From Octopus sinensis (Eukaryota): DNA of 64,000 nt. The position numbers and the translations under genes are program-made. Shown piece after piece: positions 1 through 13,784 of the stretch. Below the pieces are notes generated by a model. The model ran no database searches, had not been told where the DNA came from, and saw only the letters and a list, made by a program, of their open reading frames with translations. Position 1 is the first letter of the stretch. Every line of letters starts with the position of its first letter. The DNA lies in contig NC_043000.1 in NCBI RefSeq assembly GCF_006345805.1, forward strand, positions 126,852,001-126,916,000, in the 5' to 3' direction.

Positions 1-348
1 AAAAAGAACCATTCAAATGTGATCGTTACTAGTGTCGCCTTACTGGCACATGAAAAAACATTTGAGCGAGGTCGTTGCGAGTGCCGCTGGACTGGCTCCT
101 GTGCAGGTGGCATGTAAATAACACCATTTGAGTGTGGCTGTGGTCAGTACCGCATGACTGGCCCTTGTGCCGGTGGCAAGTAAAAGCACCTGCTACACTC
201 TTGAAGTGGTTGGCATTAGGAAGGGCTTCCAGCTGTAGAAACTCTGCCAGATCAAGACTGGAGCCTGGTGCAACCATCTGGTTCGCCAGTCCTCAGTCAA
301 ATCGTCCAACCCATGCTAGCATGGAAAGCAGACGTTAAACGACGATGA

Positions 349-352
<4 letters not shown>
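1..352 (+). mobile_element. 5'-truncated RTE-type LINE 3' UTR with (GAT)n tail
   Basis: GTGGTTGGCATTAGGAAGGGC...CCAACCCATGCTAGCATGGAAAGCAGACGTTAAACGACGATGATG; the same sequence follows an RTE ORF end at 37537-38335. Confidence 0.8.
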
Positions 353-384
<32 letters not shown>

Positions 385-631
385 AATTAATAATAAGGTG
401 AACAGAGATTATTATTATTTCTTCTCTTCCAACAGCATGCAGTCTCTATAGAGACATGTGGATATACTGATGTGAAGATCTACTGAAGATAGTAAAATAA
501 ACAAACTGAAGTTTTTCTACATTCATGGAGGTTAGCCAGCATTATTAACCAGTAAAAGCCAATACAGTACCTGCTAGGATTGTATATCCCTACCAACCTA
601 ATTTGGAAATTTACCTCTCTCTCTCTCTGTG

Positions 632-673
<42 letters not shown>

Positions 674-699
674 TGTGTGTACATGTATGAGAGCACGTG

Positions 700-905
700 T
701 GTTTGTGCTTGTCCCCCCAACATCGCTTCATAACCGATGCTGGTGTGTTTACGTCCCTGTAACTTAGTGGTTTAGCAAAAGAGACCAATAGAATAAGTAC
801 TAGGCTTACAAAGAGTAAGTCCCGGTGTCGATTTACTCAACTAAAGGCGGTGCTCCAGCATAGCCACAATCACATGACTGAAACAAGTAAAAGAGATAAA
901 AGAGA
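700..905 (+). mobile_element. SINE family A, 3' half
   Basis: Matches the 3' half of 13785-14163. Confidence 0.75.
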
Positions 906-1577
906 TGTGTTTAAGGCAGTGAGATAACAGAATCATTAACATGCTTGGCAATAAGCTTAGTGGCATTCTGTCCGTCTTTACATTCTGAGTTCAAATTCCA
1001 CCAAGGTCAATGTAACTGACTAGCCTGCACCCTTGAAATCATTGGCTTTGTGCCAAAATTTGAAACCTTTATTATATCTGTGTTTGTTCTGATATTAAGA
1101 TGGAAAAAATTCAACCTTATTCATAAAAAGGTTTGCTCCTGGGTTTGCACACCCTAAGGAAATTTCGTTCCTGCACTTATGGAACTGCATGATGGAAGGA
1201 AGGAAACACAGACCAGCTCAGTATGCTGGTTGCTAGATTTGTTGCCACAGATGTATGTGGTCATGCAGTGTCGTAGTGATAGTGGACTGTTTTTAGATTC
1301 TTGCTTGATTTCTTTCTCCCATTGGATTCTCTAAGCTTTCAGAGTGCCTCAATGTAATGCTGATATTATACTAATAAATACACCAGGTTTACTGAGCCAA
1401 TGATTAGCGATTAGAAGAATATCAAGCTATTAAATCATGTCAGCTTAATCTATAGAACATTGCCATGAGATGATGCAGTGAATAAATTAAAAGCACATTG
1501 ATCTCCTTAAGTTTTGACAATGAGGATTCAATCATTCAATCTGCTTGTTTATCTACTCATTGAATTAGTATGTAAAT

Positions 1578-1608
<31 letters not shown>

Positions 1609-2019
1609 GCCACCACTTCCACCATCGCCAGCACCACTAGCACTAGCACCACCACTGTCATCATCATCATTTTAATGTTTTCTCCTCCATGCTTGCAAGG
1701 AGTTTACTGCGGCATATTTTCTATAGCTGGATGCCCTTCCTGTCATCAACCCTCACCTGTACCCTAGCAAGGTATTATTTTCCCCCTGGCCAGACATGTG
1801 ACACTCATTTACAACTACCATGAAATGTAAAGACAAGGTCTCACACACACATACATACATATATACATACACACACATATATACGTCTGGCTTTTATCAG
1901 TTTTGGTTTACCAAGTCCATTCACAAGGCTTTGGCCAGCTCACAGAGAGAGAGAGAGAGATGTGTATCATATGTACATGCGTCTCTTAGTCTCTCCTTCT
2001 TTCTCCATTCATTTCTCTT

Positions 2020-2055
<36 letters not shown>

Positions 2056-2330
2056 ATAGTAATAATAATACATATATCTATATCTATATATATGATAGGC
2101 TTCTTTCAATTTCTGTTAACCAAACCCAATCACAAAGCTTTGATTGACTCAAGTTTGTAGTTGAGAAAACTTTCCCAAGATGCAACAGAGTAAGACTGAA
2201 CCCAATACCACATGGCTGTGAAGTAAACTTCTGAAACACACAACCACATCTGTGCCTACATAGACCATAAATATAATCCTCAGGTAGATTCATCATAGTA
2301 GTTTGGTGATAAAGACTATACCTTTGAATT

Positions 2331-2640
2331 TGGTTTGCAAGATACTTTATGTGAGTTCGTGTGTTGAAGCATATTCTGTTGTGTCTGGGGAGAGTCATTT
2401 TCTTTTTGTGCCTTATAATTTAACACACTCACCGGTAAAATTTCCACTTATTTCTTATTTTTATTTTTCTAAAATTTTTGTTGTGTCTTGCAGCATTTTG
2501 AAGACTACTGAAAAGGTTGCAAGGCGCAACGAAAATTTTTGGAAAATAAAAATAAGAAATAAGTGAAAATTTTACCGGTGAGTGTGATAAATTATAAGGC
2601 ACAAAAAGAAAATGAATCTTCCCAGACACAACAGAATATA
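2331..2640. mobile_element. Palindromic foldback/MITE-like element
   Basis: Arms of about 130 bp are reverse complements (the + and - ORFs give near-identical peptides); second copy at 35575-35875. Confidence 0.75.
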
Positions 2641-3918
2641 CCTTTGAATTACAAGTATAATTCATTCACATGACATCAACACAGTTTCCAACTACCTAAT
2701 TTCACTCACAAACCTTGGGTCAATTTGAGGCAATGGTGAAAATCATTCACCCAAGATGCCATGCAGTAAGATTGAACCCAGAACCTTGTGACTGCAATGC
2801 AAATCTTCTTAACCATTTAACCATGCTACGTCCAGAATAAAATGATACATAATTATGAAGAAAGCTGTTATGTTAGACTGAAGTTTTCTTGTCAATCACA
2901 CACAGTTCTCTTAGTTTGCTAAAAAAAATACCAATATATATAGCTAGATGGTTGATATACCAAATTATCAACAGCCTGGGTCTGTATTACTTGATTACTT
3001 TATTCCAATAATCTCGTAGAAACTGTATCAATCTTTACCTGGTAAGTTTCATTAACAATGGTTATGAGAAAACAATAACAACAAAATTAAAACAATATAC
3101 AGAAAAGTATGGTCTCAAAGTATAGAATGGAGCACTGGTAGCCATATAGGAAATCTCAGATGCCAAAACATAGAATAGTACAAGACTAGTAGCTATAGAG
3201 GAAATATCAAACTCTAAAAGGAAATTAAAAAACAAAAAAGAAAAACAGACTTTTGTTTCCATTTTGGTATATTTGCATTTCTTTTTTGTTTCTTCTTTAT
3301 TTATTTCTAACCTGAGATAATTTGTTTTTGCTACAGAGAACTGCACTTAGATAAGCAAAACAAAGCAGGAGCTAAATATTTGTTTCCTCCTCCTTCTCCC
3401 CTCCACCGTTAAAAGCAGCAGCAGCATCACCACACCACCACCACCACCACAACCACCACCATCATCAACACATTACTATCACGAGACCATCATCACAACA
3501 ACAGGCACCACCATCACAACAAATAGCACCTCAACCATTCCAATAATATTCTTTGTCATCTCATTATCCCACCAACTTTTTGTTTTGTTTTGTTGCTGCC
3601 TGAAATATTTTTATTACTGTAATATCTGTAATTTATTCTGGAGACAGGTTTCCGTTATTTCTTCTATTCCAGATTCCAAAACAGAAATACCAAGTCCATC
3701 CAAGTTAAGAAAAATATTCTGAGAATATACTTATAAGAAATAAAAATGATATTAAGTGACACAAACATACTTGGAAATTTGCCAATTATGGAAGGACTAT
3801 AAATTAAATATACTGCACTACACAAAATATGGTCTATCTGTAAAATCTACACTTTAAGTCGCTCTTTTTTTTTTTATTATTATCTCCTAAAGGTGGACAG
3901 AGGCTGCCGCCAACTAAC

Positions 3919-3976
<58 letters not shown>

Positions 3977-4680
3977 CATACATATAGTTTTATAACAATT
4001 TCTTATAACCAGCACAAGGCTACAAATTATAGCCTCAAAAATAGACTGTACACCATGTTCTGCAGTTGATTCACTCAACTAAAGAATGTGTCTGGTACAT
4101 TATTTTATTAAATATGAGACAGAGAGAGAGAGAGAGAAATGATAGTCAAAGACTATGCAACCAGGATTTGATCTTATTATATGGATGGATGAAGTTAAAT
4201 GCTAAAATACATATACATCTAGTTAGTATTTTGACAATTTTGCCAACTCACTGTCTTCAAAAAATAATAAAGATTTTCGCTCTCCTTTGAGGCAGTTCAG
4301 TACGTTCATATGTATTATTCATATGAACTGGAAGGATGACTACCTGTCTGTGATTGGTGGCAAAACCATTTATTCATGCTATGGAGCGTCAATAGCTTTG
4401 TGCCTTACATTTGAAGCATGTGTGTATGTTTGTGTACTTTCAAATATACATGTATATACATATATACACATTTACATGTTATCGTTGTTGTTTAGCCCCT
4501 GGACAGCTGTGATTGAGCAGAGCTATGATCAAAAGAATCTGTGCTATGACCATCGTGTTCTCATTCAGATATAATGTATCTATAGTTATATAGTAGAAAG
4601 TGTCTTCTGCTTGATTTAGCTGCTTATGAATAGCAGCCAAATCTCCCTCAAATTACACTCCTACATCTACATGTATAAAC

Positions 4681-4730
<50 letters not shown>

Positions 4731-5044
4731 CGTGCACACACATGCACACACACACACACACACATATATACACATATATATCTACACACACAAGATTATA
4801 AATATCTATATATATATCTGACTCATTAATGCAATGAATAAAGCCAGCTGCTTGACCTTTGATATCACGGATATCTATCAATTAATGACCCATAATATTG
4901 ATTTGTTATTGATTTCAAGCAGCTATGGGAACTCAGTCATACAGAATTAAATATTCTTCTTGGAAATGTCAGAAAAACTCCTGCCGGCAAATTTGAACCC
5001 ATCACCCATGAATGAGTTGGTAGTTCACTAATTTCCTCATTAAC

Positions 5045-5410
5045 GTAGGTATCGTAGTGTGGTAAGAAGCTTGCTTTCCAACAACACAACCACACCAGGT
5101 TCAATCCCACTGTATGGTACCATGGGCAAGTGTCTTCTACTATAACCTCGGGCTGACCAGAGCCTTGTGAGTGGATTTAGTAGACAGAAACTGAAAAAGC
5201 CCATTATGTGTGTTTGTCCTCCACCACTGCTTGACAACTGCTGCTGATGTTTACATCTCTATAACTTAGCAGTTTGGCAAAAGAGACTGATAGAATAAGT
5301 ACCAGACTTAAAAATGAAATAAGTGCTGCGGTTGATTCATTTGACCAAAAATTCTTCAAAGTTTGCCCCAGCATGGCCACGTTCTAATGACTGAAACAAG
5401 TAAAGGATAA
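5045..5410 (+). mobile_element. tRNA-derived SINE family A
   Basis: A/B-box-like head (GTGTGGTAAGAAGC...GGTTCAATCCC) and a body shared with more than 10 copies. Confidence 0.8.
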
Positions 5411-5744
5411 ATGATAAATGATAGAAGATAAAAACCATTTCGACTGTGTACTCCAAGTAATGGAGTCAGTGGATTCTTTGTGAATATTCAAGTTGCCTGA
5501 CCAATGGAACCAAGTTATGGAATCATAATACAACTTTATATTTCACATATAAAGTAATTACTCTTACTTAGACAATACCACATGACACAGTGTGACAAAA
5601 CTGGCCATCACTACTGCAGACACGGTTCATCTGGTAGATTTGCATACACTTTCATTCTAACCAGTTCTCTGTGGCACCTTGGTTTTAGGCTCTCAATTCT
5701 GTTGTGGTGGGCACCATATATATATATATATATATATACACACT

Positions 5745-5943
5745 TACTCTTTTACTGGTTTCAGTCATTTGACTGTGGCCATGCACCGCCTTTGGTTGAG
5801 CAAATCAACCCCAGGACTTATTCTTTGTAAACCTAGTACTTATTCTATCGGTCTCTTTTGCTGAACCGCTAGGTTATGGGGACACACCAGCATCGGTTGT
5901 CAAGCGATGTTGGAGGGACAAACACAGACACACAAATATATAT

Positions 5944-5986
<43 letters not shown>

Positions 5987-6165
5987 TATATATATACACA
6001 TATATACGACGGGCTTCTTTCAGTTTCCGTCCACCAAATCCACTCAGAAGGCTTTGGTTGGCCTGAGGCTATAGTAGAAGACATTTGCCCAAGGTGCCAT
6101 GCAGTGGGACTGAACCCGGAACCATGTGGTTGGTAAGCAAGCTACTTACCACACAGCCACTCCTG
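5745..6165 (-). mobile_element. tRNA-derived SINE family A, full length, internal (TA/CA)n
   Basis: Reverse-complement match to 13785-14163. Confidence 0.85.
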
Positions 6166-6166
6166 C

Positions 6167-6206
<40 letters not shown>

Positions 6207-7269
6207 GATTATATATGTTTATATATGTATATGCACACTTATACAAAACCACACACACATATACTCATATGTGTGTATGCATGTTTATGTGCATGTGTGT
6301 GTTACAAATAATACCAAAGTGTTTGACAATATAAAGCTCTAATACAGAAGCTATACAATATCTATGAAGAAAAACTAGTACAGAACACTTTGACCTGGTT
6401 GTTGTTCAGGTTATTGCTTAGCTCTGGGTCAGCTTTAATTTAGCAGATCCATAATGAAAGATAGTTCAACTGTGAAGATTTCATTGTACACCCACAACAA
6501 ACAGCTTATACAGAACTGAACTACCAGATAATATATCACATCTGTTTTTAAGACATGGCTGAGTGGTTATGAAGTTTGTTACCCAGACACTTGGTTTTGA
6601 GTTTAGCCACAGATTAACCAAAGCCTTGTGAGTGAATTTGTTAGATGGAAACTGAAAGGTGCTCATTATATGTGTACAGAATATAACCCACCCACCTCTG
6701 CTTACTCACTCAGCGTAATCTTCTGTATCACTTCACTGGTAATCACCCGTAACTGTGTCTTGAAAGTACGTCCTGACATATCTCCCCCTCCACGACCACC
6801 ACTACCAGTAACAACAACAACAAACCATGGCAAAGCACACAATAAAATTTGGTGCGGTCCTCTAGTTTGCAAGCTCTTGTCAAGCTGTCTGACCCATGCC
6901 AGCATGGAAAATGGCCAATAAATGATGATGACAATGATGAGGTGTGTGTGTATGCGTGTGTGTGTGTCTCTCCATTTGATATTGCCTGATAGTTGTAAAC
7001 AAGCTGTGTTGTTCACTTTGGACATACTTTCTATAAAAAACATGTACAGCCATGGGAAAATATTACCCTGGCTGGAAACAATTGGGAGTTGGCATCAGGA
7101 AGAGTATCTAGCTGTAGAAATTTTTTCTCAATGAATTCTGTCTGCATAGAAAAAGTGGATTTTAAAGTAATGATGATGATAATTTGAGAAAGCTGTAGTT
7201 ACTACTTTGAGCAGGTCCTACAACTATGTACAGGCTCCCTTATTGGCTTGGCTTAGCTTGGAACTGGCT

Positions 7270-7790
7270 TTAAACCTTTAGCATTCAGATTACTCTATCG
7301 AGTGTAAAAAAAAAATTAGGGTGACACTCTTCAGTTATGAATGACCATGGGATTGCACTTAGAAAGTTACCCTTCGAGGCACAAGTCCGGGCAAGGTTGT
7401 TTATGGAAGCAGTCTCCCTTGCATACCAGTCTCCCCACTCCATGCCACCAATATTGTTCAAGGGAAAGACAAAGGCCAATACAGCTTGGCACCAATCATG
7501 TCATAACTCATTTCTACAGCTGAGTGAACTGGAGCAATGTGAAATAAAGTGTCTTGCTCAAGAACACAACATGCAGCCCAGTCCGGGAATTGAACTCACA
7601 ACCTCACAATTGTAAGATCAACACTAACCACTGAGCCATGCACCTACACTATCGAGTGTAATGCTCATTTATTCACATTGTTTTGAATTAACCATACGGT
7701 GTCTCATATGTATGAGATTTCAATGAATTGACTTGTTATTTTTAGTATGAGTTTGTTGGGTAAGTGTGAAAGGCCAGAACATTTATGCTG
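7270..7790. mobile_element. piggyBac-like MITE relic interrupted by SINE D
   Basis: Starts TTAAACCTTTAGCATTCAGATTACTC; an opposite-orientation relative at ~27160-27385 ends GAATAATCTGAATGCTAAAGG. Confidence 0.55.
7325..7648 (-). mobile_element. tRNA-derived SINE family D
   Basis: Minus strand reads GGCTCAGTGGTTAG...GAGTTCAATTCCC...CTTGAGCAAGACACTTTATTTCAC; 13-bp TSD ctatcgagtgtaa at 7295 and 7649. Confidence 0.8.
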
Positions 7791-8343
7791 CATACGTCTA
7801 GTTTAAGTGATAAAGGGTAACTTCCAGCTGAACTTGTCGCCTTATGTCATTCTCCAATCCCATATGCAATTTTAGCAATAGCAAAGAAGGATCAAATTCT
7901 ATGCAAAGGGTACTGAATCACCAAAGATACACTACTGTATAATTACAATGTCAGTAGTACTCAGGTAACTTTATGAGAGTTATAACTACTAGCTTACCCA
8001 TGGAAATTCTATGGTTGTTTCAAAAATTGCATGATGAAATTGTATATTTTTCTGAAACATTTGATTCTTGAGAAGATATGAAAATCCACATAGACATTAT
8101 TGAAGGGGCAATCAATAAAGAAATCAATCTGTTTATCTATCTGTCTGTCTATCTATCTACCTTCTTACCTGCTCACAACTAACTTTATAAGAGTTATAAC
8201 ACATTTCCCTTTTATTATCTCATACCTGTCTGGTTGCCTGCCTGACCGTGTGTCTGCCTGTCAATCTATCTATCTTACTAGCTATACAGCTCTTTCATTC
8301 CCACTTTACCTTATCCATTTTTCTCACACACTCTACCTCTCCT

Positions 8344-8344
<1 letters not shown>

Positions 8345-8389
<45 letters not shown>

Positions 8390-8446
8390 TATATACATAT
8401 ATATATACATATATATATTACATATATATATATACATATATATATC

Positions 8447-8497
<51 letters not shown>

Positions 8498-8498
8498 C

Positions 8499-8567
<69 letters not shown>

Positions 8568-8585
8568 TATTACATATATATATCA
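8345..8585. repeat. Long (TA)n microsatellite with CA interruptions
   Basis: Direct reading; similar tracts at ~9180-9380, 10045-10130 and 10270-10410. Confidence 0.95.
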
Positions 8586-9065
8586 TCATCATCATCATCA
8601 TCATCATTTAACGTCCGCTTTCCATGCTAGCATGGGTTGGACGGTTCAACTGGGGTCTGGGGAGCCCGAAAGCTGCACCAGTCCAGTCAGATCTGGCAGT
8701 GTTTCTACAGCTGGATGCCCTTCCTAACACTACCACTCCGAGAGTGTAGTGAGTGATTTTATGTGCCACCGACACAGGTGCCAGACGAGGCTGGCAAACG
8801 GCCACGCTCGGATGGTGTTTTTTATGTGCCACCGACACAGGTGCCAGACGAGGCTGGCAGACGGCCACGCTCGGATGGTGTTTTTTTATGTGCCACCGAC
8901 ACAGGTGCCAGACGAGGCTGGCAGACGGCCACGTTCGGATGGTTTTCTTATGTGCCACGTGCCACCGGCACTGGTACCACAAAGATACAAATTCCATTGA
9001 TGTTCATCTATTTTGATTTGTTTTGATTTTCACTTGCCTCAACAGGTCTTCACAAGTGTCACAAG
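8585..9065 (-). mobile_element. RTE LINE 3' UTR with three tandem ~63-bp internal units
   Basis: (CAT)n tail at 8585; ATGTGCCACCGACACAGG at 8761, 8824 and 8888. Confidence 0.8.
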
Positions 9066-9284
9066 AAGGAAGGTATGCACAGGTGGACTGACTACGTCCC
9101 AGGTAGGGGCCATGGTTATGGCCTGACTAGTCTTGCCGGGTCTTCGGATGGTGTTTTTTATGTGCCACCGACACAGGTGATATATATATATATATACATA
9201 TATATACATATATATATATACATATATATTATACATATATATATATTATACATATATATATATATACATATATATATATATTAC

Positions 9285-9315
<31 letters not shown>

Positions 9316-9327
9316 ATACATATATTA

Positions 9328-9370
<43 letters not shown>

Positions 9371-10033
9371 TATATATATATTTTCCCTGTCCTTCTCTCT
9401 GTGTATATATGTGTACACATTTACATATATTGTATAGGTGTGTGTGTGTGGTTTATGCATACCTTTACATTTATGATAATATATATGTGTATGTCTGTGT
9501 ACAGCACATACATACACTTGCATGTACACACACTCACATATATACATACATACACGCACCATGCACAAAAAAAACAAAGACACACACAACATTCATGAAA
9601 TGCAACAATGTAAAAGCAAGGCTTTCAACAAACACCTCTCATGTGTTTTTCTTGAAGTTTCCTTTACAAACGTATATTTGTGCTTGGTCACAGTTGTAAG
9701 CAGCTGTAGGTCCAATAATGCTTCATTAACTCAATGACAATGTTACACACACAGGAAACAAATGACAACAACAACAATGAAATCTAGAAATCAACTACAG
9801 TTCTTAAGTTAATATTGTCATGAGAAACCATCACATATATATTTGTGTGTGCGTGCGCGTGTGTGTATGTGTGTATGAGTGTGTGCATGTGGATATGCAT
9901 AAATCTACAGACAAATGTTTTGCATATAAACACACATGTACATACAAGAGTACACGATTAAATACATTCAGATAACACACACACACACACACACAACACA
10001 CACACACACATACAAATAGATATGTGTGTGTGT

Positions 10034-10096
<63 letters not shown>

Positions 10097-10336
10097 TATA
10101 TAAGAATATATATATATATATATATATATTTGTATATGTATGTATGTGTATATATATTACATATGAACAAAGAATATATTAGTATAAATAAATATATATA
10201 ATATAAAATATATAAATGTAAATATTTATATGTGTGTGTGTGATGAGTTGCCTATATGTGTGTGTGTATATATATAAATGTATGTATATATATGTATATA
10301 TATAAATGTATGTATGTATGTATGTATGTATATATA

Positions 10337-10399
<63 letters not shown>

Positions 10400-10844
10400 G
10401 TATGTATTTTGATAGACACACAGAGAAAGAGAAAGAATGAGAGAAAAGAAAGGATGTAAAAGAAGTAATAAATAGACAGTAATACAGATATGTGTGTGGG
10501 TGTATGTGTGCATATAGGTTTGCATAACAACCATTATAATTGAGATTTCATACTATTCTTACTCAAAGTTTCATGCCAACCATTTTTCTATACAACTAAT
10601 TTTTACTCCGTGAATACATCCTAATGTTTGTGGATATAATGATATAATGTGGATATAATGTATGCATTCTGTTCTGTTTTTAATTATTGGAAGTTTTCGT
10701 ATGAGGAAGAAGCTGGTATCTACCAAAGACACAAAGATTCATCATTGAAATGTAGATAATGAAAATACTGTCCTATTTTGAACCTTGGAAAAGTCTTGCA
10801 TAATTTTACTGTTCTACTTACAGATTGTATTTGTGATAATAATA

Positions 10845-11390
10845 ATAATAACAATAATAATAATAATAATAATAATAAAATTGTTGTATACAGTGCTCAG
10901 GTGCACCACAACTTGTCAAAAGTGCATATAAAGCATATGCAGTAATGTACAAATGTCTGGGAAGTGAACAGTGTATGAGTCAGATACATGCATGCGTGTG
11001 TATGGAGGGGAGAGAATCAGGTGTAGTGTTGGCGAATCTCAGGAAGCATGGAAGTTTTCAAAGATGCAATGCTCCGACAACTAACAACTGACGCCGACAG
11101 TTTGTTCCATGCTTCAGCAACTCTTAGTGTGAAAAAATGTTTCTGAAAGTCATGGGAGCTGTGCTGTTTTCTGACTTTGTAAACATGTCCACGGGTGTTA
11201 GACAGGTGGAGTTTGAAAAGGTGCTCAGAGTTATTGTTAGTAAGAAGGTTAATAATTTTATGGGTGTCTGCCAAGTCAGCTGCCAGACGTCAGAGTTTCA
11301 ATGTATCCATGCCCAGGGAAGTAAGGTATTCGAGTTGTTTCTCTTTTTCTGAAAACTCTACCTTTTCCACATTAGCAGGTATATGTGTAT
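10845..11390 (-). mobile_element. 5'-truncated CR1-clade LINE (end of RT ORF, 3' UTR, (TTA)n tail)
   Basis: HLFKLHLSNTRGHVYKVRKQHSSHDFQKHFFTLRVAEAWNKL is the typical CR1 C-terminal motif; upstream LGMDTLKL*RLAADLADTHKII contains a stop. Confidence 0.85.
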
Positions 11391-11607
11391 GTATGCATAA
11401 ACAATTTGTGCTGTTTTCTTACGCAATTTCATGACCAACAATCAGTATGCAGCCATCATTGTCTCTCTTCCATTACTCATTTCCCTGCCATGCTCTCATT
11501 CCTACCACGCTGTTTTCTCAATCACACTCATACTAATGCTCACTCTTCCTTTTCCCATTGAAAATCATTCTCTCAATCCTGTTTACTTTGAGTAAACAGA
11601 AACAACA

Positions 11608-11848
11608 TAAGGTGACGAGCTGGTAGAAACGTTAGCAAGCCTGGGGAAATGCTTAGCAGTATTTCGTCTGCCGTTACGTTCTGAGTTCAAATTCTGCCAC
11701 GGTCAACTTTGCCCTTCATCTTTTTGGGGTCAATAAATTAAGTACCAGTTACGCACTGGGGGTCAATGTAATTGACTTAATCCCTTTGTCTGTCCTTGTT
11801 TGTCCCCTCTATGTTTAGCCCCTTGTGGGCAATAAAGAAATAAGAAAC
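11608..11848 (+). mobile_element. tRNA-derived SINE family C, full length
   Basis: AAGGTGACGAGCTGGTAGAAACGTTAGC...GAGTTCAAATTC...AATAAAGAAATAAG; 12-bp TSD agaaacaacata at 11598 and 11843. Confidence 0.85.
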
Positions 11849-12199
11849 AACATAGAGTAATAAGGACTGTTTAGTGTTGCAGGGATAAGGAAACCTCTTT
11901 GTTGCTGGTGTCATGATGAACTGCACGTGACACATTCTGTAAAGTGCCTGTCATAGCAGTAACTCTGAATAAGAAATGACTTGGATTGCAATGGACTGTC
12001 CAGCATGAAAGACAGATATAAGAATGATGATGATGAATGTGCAAGTGTATGATACACACACATACAAATACACATAAGCATGCACACACACATGCACAAT
12101 CAAAGCATTCAAATTCATGAACTTCATTTCATGCTTTTGTGTGCAGCCATGCTGTATTTTCTTCCAGTGCTTCAGTAAGTCTTCTTTCAGTTAACTCTA

Positions 12200-12850
12200 T
12201 TATCTTACAACTACTTACTTTCCTACATTATTCTCACTGAATCATTCATAAGTTTCATTATTTCTCCTGTATCTGTTTGTTTTATTCTATACCTCTGTCT
12301 ATGTCGCTCTCTATATGTATGTGTGTGTGTGTGTGTGTGAATGCATAAATGTGCATGTATATATATGCATATATTTTCTCCTTTTCTCTCACTTAAAGCT
12401 TGCTTTTACATTTCTTTATTCTCCCTACTTCACCACACACTCTAATACTGTACCGAAAATTCTCTATCTTTGTATCTCTATAATTCTGTTACTTTTTATT
12501 TTATCACATTAGCTCTCTATTTTTTCTTCTACCTTGTAGAGCTTTACCTTCTTCCATTCCTCTTTTCTCAGTCATATTCTGTCTTCCTTTCATTCTTGCT
12601 TTTCTCACCTTTCCCTATATATTACTGTCACATAATCTGCTGACTGTAAGCTATGTTTCTCTCTCTCTCACACTTTCTCTAAATTTATTTGTCTCACACA
12701 TATCAATGTATCTATATCTAATCCACCTCTCTTTACAGTATTTTCTTTCTTTTCCAATTCTCTCAGTGTAGCAAGTGTTTCTCCTTCAAGCATGACAGAT
12801 AGAGGGAAACCAACAAAAAAAGAAAAAACCCAAAAAACTTAACACAAGAC

Positions 12851-12888
<38 letters not shown>

Positions 12889-13205
12889 TGTATGTGTGCA
12901 CATACATGCATAGAGAGAGAGAAAGAGAAATGCACAGAAAAAGTTTCAGGGAAACAGAAAAAAATAGAAAGAGACAGAAAAAATATGAAAGAAATAAAAA
13001 GTAGAGAGAGAAGGGGGAGGAGAGAGAGAGGGTGGTAAAAAAGAGGAGAGAAAGAAAGTGGAATATAAAGAAAGGAAGTTTCAGAGATACAAAAACAATG
13101 TAAAGAAGGAGGGAGAGAAAGAGGGAGAGAGAGGGGGGAGAGAGAAAGAGAAGGGAGAGAGAGAGAGAGGGGGTAGAGAGAGAAAGAGAAGGGAGAGAGA
13201 GAGAG
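12200..13205. repeat. Pyrimidine-rich tract followed by (CA)n and a (GA)-rich purine tract
   Basis: Strong strand-asymmetric low complexity. Confidence 0.8.
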
Positions 13206-13784
13206 AGACTGGTGGGTGTGGCCAACTTAAAATGTAGGCTTAACCAGGTGTAATAAACCAACAATTACTCAAAAAAAAAAGGTGAAAATAAGGTATAAGT
13301 AGTCAGTAGTTTGTGTCACATATTAAGTTTCAAAGTAACACATAAAATATTTTGGTTTATTATCAAAACATGGGTTTATGTCAAGATTTCATTTTTTGTA
13401 TTACCTTGTACTTTTCACTACTCCCTTTTTTTCTTTTCTTTCTCACTTTCTTAGTGATTTACTTAATTGGAGATAGAGACCAGTGGAACAGAATTATTTC
13501 TATTTAGCAGAACGTCTCTTCTCCACCCACCTATTTTTAACTCCAGATTCTCTTATTAACACATTCATTAAAAAAAAAATAAAGTGGGGAATGGTTAAAG
13601 TTGTAAAGAATTCATGCCTGAGATTCTGAATCACTTGTTACAAACACTTTCTCAAATTAACCCTCTTCTGCCCTGTGATGAAGGAGACTCTACAATTTCT
13701 TATTTGGGGGCCATTCAAGTACATGTTTCAGTGACCCTTAAGTCTGAAATCTCAGTAATAAAGAAATCTGAACTACATAGGTGT

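Noticed and set aside
8755-8975. CRISPR-like regular repeats
   Set aside because: Units are contiguous with no unique spacers, lie inside a LINE 3' UTR, and the DNA is eukaryotic with no cas genes
8100-10534. Long ORFs of YI/IY/HT/CV repeats
   Set aside because: These are translations of (TA)n, (CA)n and (TG)n microsatellites, which lack stops in some frames
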